Source: an uncultured Planctomycetia bacterium
Lineage (GTDB): Bacteria > Omnitrophota > Gorgyraeia > Tantalellales > Tantalellaceae
Direction: 5' to 3'
Assembly: GCA_964572255.1 (NCBI GenBank)
Contig: CAZNEE010000003.1
Coordinates: 118,539 to 182,538 of the forward strand
Length of the DNA: 64,000 nucleotides
Shown: positions 62,201 to 64,000 of the stretch, one piece after another
Position numbering within the stretch: position 1 is the first letter of the stretch
Layout: each line of letters begins with the position of its first letter
Notes under the pieces: model-generated
Databases searched by the model: none
What the model saw: the letters and a program-made list of their open reading frames with translations, nothing else
Told to the model about the DNA's origin: nothing
Made by a program: the position numbers and the translations under genes

Positions 62201-64000
62201 CCTTGGTAAGTCTTAATCGAACATCACCGCCGGTTCCGGCAAGAATATATGCGCTGTACTCCTGGCCAAAAAGATTTATTACACCGAAATTATCAGGGTC
62301 ATAATCATAGTTCCATCCCCATGTTCCGCCGTAGCCAAAGGGATCCGGCCAAAATACATTTACCCCGTAATACACTGCATTACTGAAATCGACCGTTACA
62401 ACTTCTGTTCCGTAAGTGAACACCCATCTTGGGTAATCGTTGCTGCCGTAAGTCTGAAAATCGACCTGATACGTGCTTGGAAAGAATCCAAAAATACTGT
62501 CTTCATCATAAAACGTATGCAGTTGAAGTCTTTCATAATCATCGGGGTAATCAGAGATATACTCGATCTCGCCGGTTATTATGTCATTATCGCTTGAATC
62601 TTTTACTCCTATGACATTTCCGTCATCATCGAAATCAAATTCATAACCTTGCGCGGAAAATTCAACCAGTTTCGCGAATTCAAGCTCGATGTTATGGGCG
62701 TTCTCAAGTATCACGACATCGCCCGTACTGTTTTCGGTAATTATGGGGTCGGTATTAAATGTTATTGATCTGCCTGTCCCCCAATCTACCTCTATTTCAA
62801 CAGAGGAGGTATAAAAATTATCATCCTCGTATGTATTGCGTTCAAGGATCCTTGCATCGTGCCTTATCCCGCCTCCGCCTCCCGCAACTACAAAATTACT
62901 TCCGGTAGCAGGCCTGTCCACCTGATAACGAAGCATATCGGGACCGTTGCCTTTAAAATCTTCTCCCGGATCCGAATCATCGTTGAAGTTATAATACATT
63001 CTTAAGTCCTCTTCGCCGAAATCAACGCCATTCTCAAATTCATCCTCAGCCCTGCCTCCCGGGATAAAACCGGAGTCGCTGGTATAGAAAGCAACCTCGC
63101 CTAAAATACCTTCAAACGCCTGACCGCCTTCAAATCCGCCGCCCACGCTATCCTGGTCCTGTCCGAATACAAGCGTACCGCCGTTATTGATCAAAGCCCC
63201 TGTTTTAAATCTGCCTCCGTATTCCTTTATACCATCCACGTAAACTTCCAGATTATCCCAATCCGGAACCGTAGTGTTCCACCACCTTACCATTACGTGG
63301 TGCCATTGGCCGTCATTGACATCCACGCCCGTATCTCTTGAATCATTATCAATATGGATCCTCAAGTTATTACTATTATAGATCAGAAATTCATTGGTAT
63401 GGCCCGGTACAGCATAAGAGATTATGCCGTCACTACTGTCAGTGGTCTTGATCCAGAACGAACAGTCTAAGTTCCTTATGCCATTTTCTCCAGGCGTCGG
63501 CGGGGATGAATCGAAGAAGCAATCAACTGAACCGTCTGAAATAGCATAGCTGTCCACAGTCCCGTTAAACCCGAATCCTTTTTCAGGTACGCGCGCTCCT
63601 CCCCATGTCACCAAGGTAGGATAGCCATACTTTGTCAGCAGATAATGGCCCTGAAGAGCGGGATTATCTCCTTGATATTCCCTGCCGGCGGAATACGGAT
63701 CCCATCTCCAGGTGTTCAGGTAGTCGGTAAACTCTTTAAAAGTCGCGTTAGCTTCCTCGGGACCTGAAACATAGAAAACATAGTCCTGGCCTGAAAGCTC
63801 GTCAGTGATCGTGTATCTGAAATTACCTTTATATTTACCGCTTGTTATATTCTTTATCTTGGCGGTCGCCAGTGAAGTGCCGTCATTGGCGATGAACTCA
63901 TAAGGCACTCCCGTCATCCTGTCCAAGTCAGTATTAGTAGATGTAGGATAGATGATGCGGTTACCGTGCACATCATATAGTGTGGTTAAAAAAGCGCCTG
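35262..64000 (-). CDS. Giant protein of at least 9569 aa with a probably partial 5' end. Order of parts: pentraxin/LamG-like lectin domain, YD/RHS-like repeats, TM region, beta-rich adhesin-like region, ~18 tandem 50-aa repeats, hydrophobic Gly/Ala-rich blocks, coiled coils, embedded SecA-like ATPase, C-terminal TM region.
   Basis: ORF track gives 9569 aa from a GTG at 63971-63969. I translated 63972-64000 on the minus strand (..[18 protein letters not shown]..) and found no stop. The frame is therefore open to the window edge, and the real start is probably beyond 64000. The TAA stop is at 35262-35264. Confidence 0.85.
   Translation of the reverse strand, partial: [9578 protein letters not shown]
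40300..42660 (-). other. SecA-like preprotein-translocase ATPase module (NBD1, PPXD-like insert, NBD2, helical scaffold) embedded in the >=9569-aa ORF.
   Basis: Motif-level matches to canonical SecA. Walker A is ELLTGEGKS (coding at ~42325-42340), against [29 protein letters not shown] matches ITYGTNNEYGFDYLRDN. Walker B is [19 protein letters not shown], against [59 protein letters not shown] matches [45 protein letters not shown] matches [18 protein letters not shown] matches [40 protein letters not shown] (coding at ~40660-40720) matches [28 protein letters not shown]. Confidence 0.75.
47200..48700 (-). other. Gly/Ala-rich hydrophobic multi-helix block of the >=9569-aa ORF.
   Basis: The translation reads [71 protein letters not shown] and [30 protein letters not shown] and [26 protein letters not shown]. 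The antisense ORF 48004-48651 is A/V/L-rich as expected. Confidence 0.5.
51100..53930 (-). repeat. Coding tandem repeat array: about 18 imperfect units of ~48-52 aa (DNA period ~150 bp), consensus [43 protein letters not shown].
   Basis: The plus strand shows a recurring core, catgccggcaagcgccatgaatacctggaa, at ~51500, 51661, 51830, 51960, 52130, 52250, 52420, 52590, 52730, 52875, 53010, 53150, 53300, 53455, 53610 and 53800. In the protein, [45 protein letters not shown] and so on continue to [13 protein letters not shown]. Antisense plus-strand ORFs at 51379-54063 show the mirror repeat MPASAMNTWKP. Confidence 0.85.
58300..58720 (-). other. First TM cluster of the >=9569-aa ORF, immediately after the YD-repeat region.
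   Basis: The translation reads [44 protein letters not shown], then [14 protein letters not shown], then [19 protein letters not shown]. Confidence 0.55.
58800..62600 (-). other. YD/RHS-like repeat region, a putative beta-shell.
   Basis: Many YDxxG(N/R) repeats fall between residues ~450 and 1720: [72 protein letters not shown]. A DPLGM motif ([13 protein letters not shown]) also occurs mid-region. Confidence 0.5.
63070..63620 (-). other. Pentraxin / Laminin-G (ConA-like lectin) domain at the N-terminus of the >=9569-aa ORF.
   Basis: Residues ~120-300 read [127 protein letters not shown]. The GQDQDSxGGGF..F.G.lgEV core matches the pentraxin/LamG_3 signature; human CRP and SAP have LGQEQDSFGGNF..SFVGEIGD. 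The GQWHHV residues are coded at 63311-63294. Confidence 0.55.

Noticed and set aside
58800-62600. Calling the >=9569-aa protein an RHS/polymorphic toxin.
   Set aside because: The YD repeats are N-terminal and are followed by TM helices and ~8,000 more residues. No terminal RHS core (PxxxxDPxGL) plus C-terminal toxin plus immunity gene arrangement is present. The DPLGM motif is internal to the repeats.
63070-63620. Deciding between pentraxin and LamG for the N-terminal lectin domain.
   Set aside because: The GQDQDSxGGGF..F.G core fits both pentraxin and LamG_3 (ConA-like) families. I cannot separate them without a profile search, so the call is left as pentraxin/LamG-like.
1-64000. Mobile elements, integrases, transposases, tRNA/rRNA genes and prophage signatures.
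   Set aside because: No transposase or integrase-like translation is present. No tRNA-like cloverleaf candidates or rRNA-like segments occur in the only non-coding spacers (13413-13816, 34859-35261). No terminal inverted repeats flank any segment.

Overview
Three co-directional giant ORFs on the minus strand fill almost the whole 64-kb window. Two AT-rich intergenic spacers of about 400 bp separate them (13413-13816 and 34859-35261).

(1) 1-13412 (-): a giant gene (>=4470 aa) that is absent from the supplied ORF track because it runs off the window start without a stop. I found it by manual minus-strand translation. Its N-terminal ~560 aa are paralogous to the N-terminus of the next gene. It carries a PEP-utilizing-enzyme module (phosphohistidine swivel domain plus TIM barrel), two TM-anchored HExxH zincin-like modules and an HD domain.

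(2) 13817-34858 (-): a 7013-aa protein with a signal anchor, the shared N-terminal domain, two ancient internal tandem duplications (~470 bp and ~2.0 kb units), an acidic low-complexity stretch, Pro-rich segments and many transmembrane blocks.

(3) 35262->64000 (-): a protein of at least 9569 aa whose frame is still open at the window edge. It has an N-terminal pentraxin/LamG-like lectin domain, a ~1,300-aa YD/RHS-like repeat region, TM blocks, about 18 tandem ~50-aa [12 protein letters not shown] repeats (about 150-bp DNA period, 51.1-53.9 kb) and an embedded near-full-length SecA-like translocase ATPase (NBD1-PPXD-NBD2-scaffold).

Each giant gene is followed by a cluster of 3-4 stem-loops ending in a hairpin plus U-tract. 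A good sigma70-like promoter (TTGACA-16-TATACT) and a Shine-Dalgarno site precede the 7013-aa gene. I found no rRNA, tRNA, CRISPR array, transposase or integrase.

The array looks like a single-strand, operon-like megaprotein system for the cell envelope. Unusually, it fuses translocase and phosphotransfer enzymes into the megaproteins. Domain calls come from motif-level reading of the translations only. No database searches were run.
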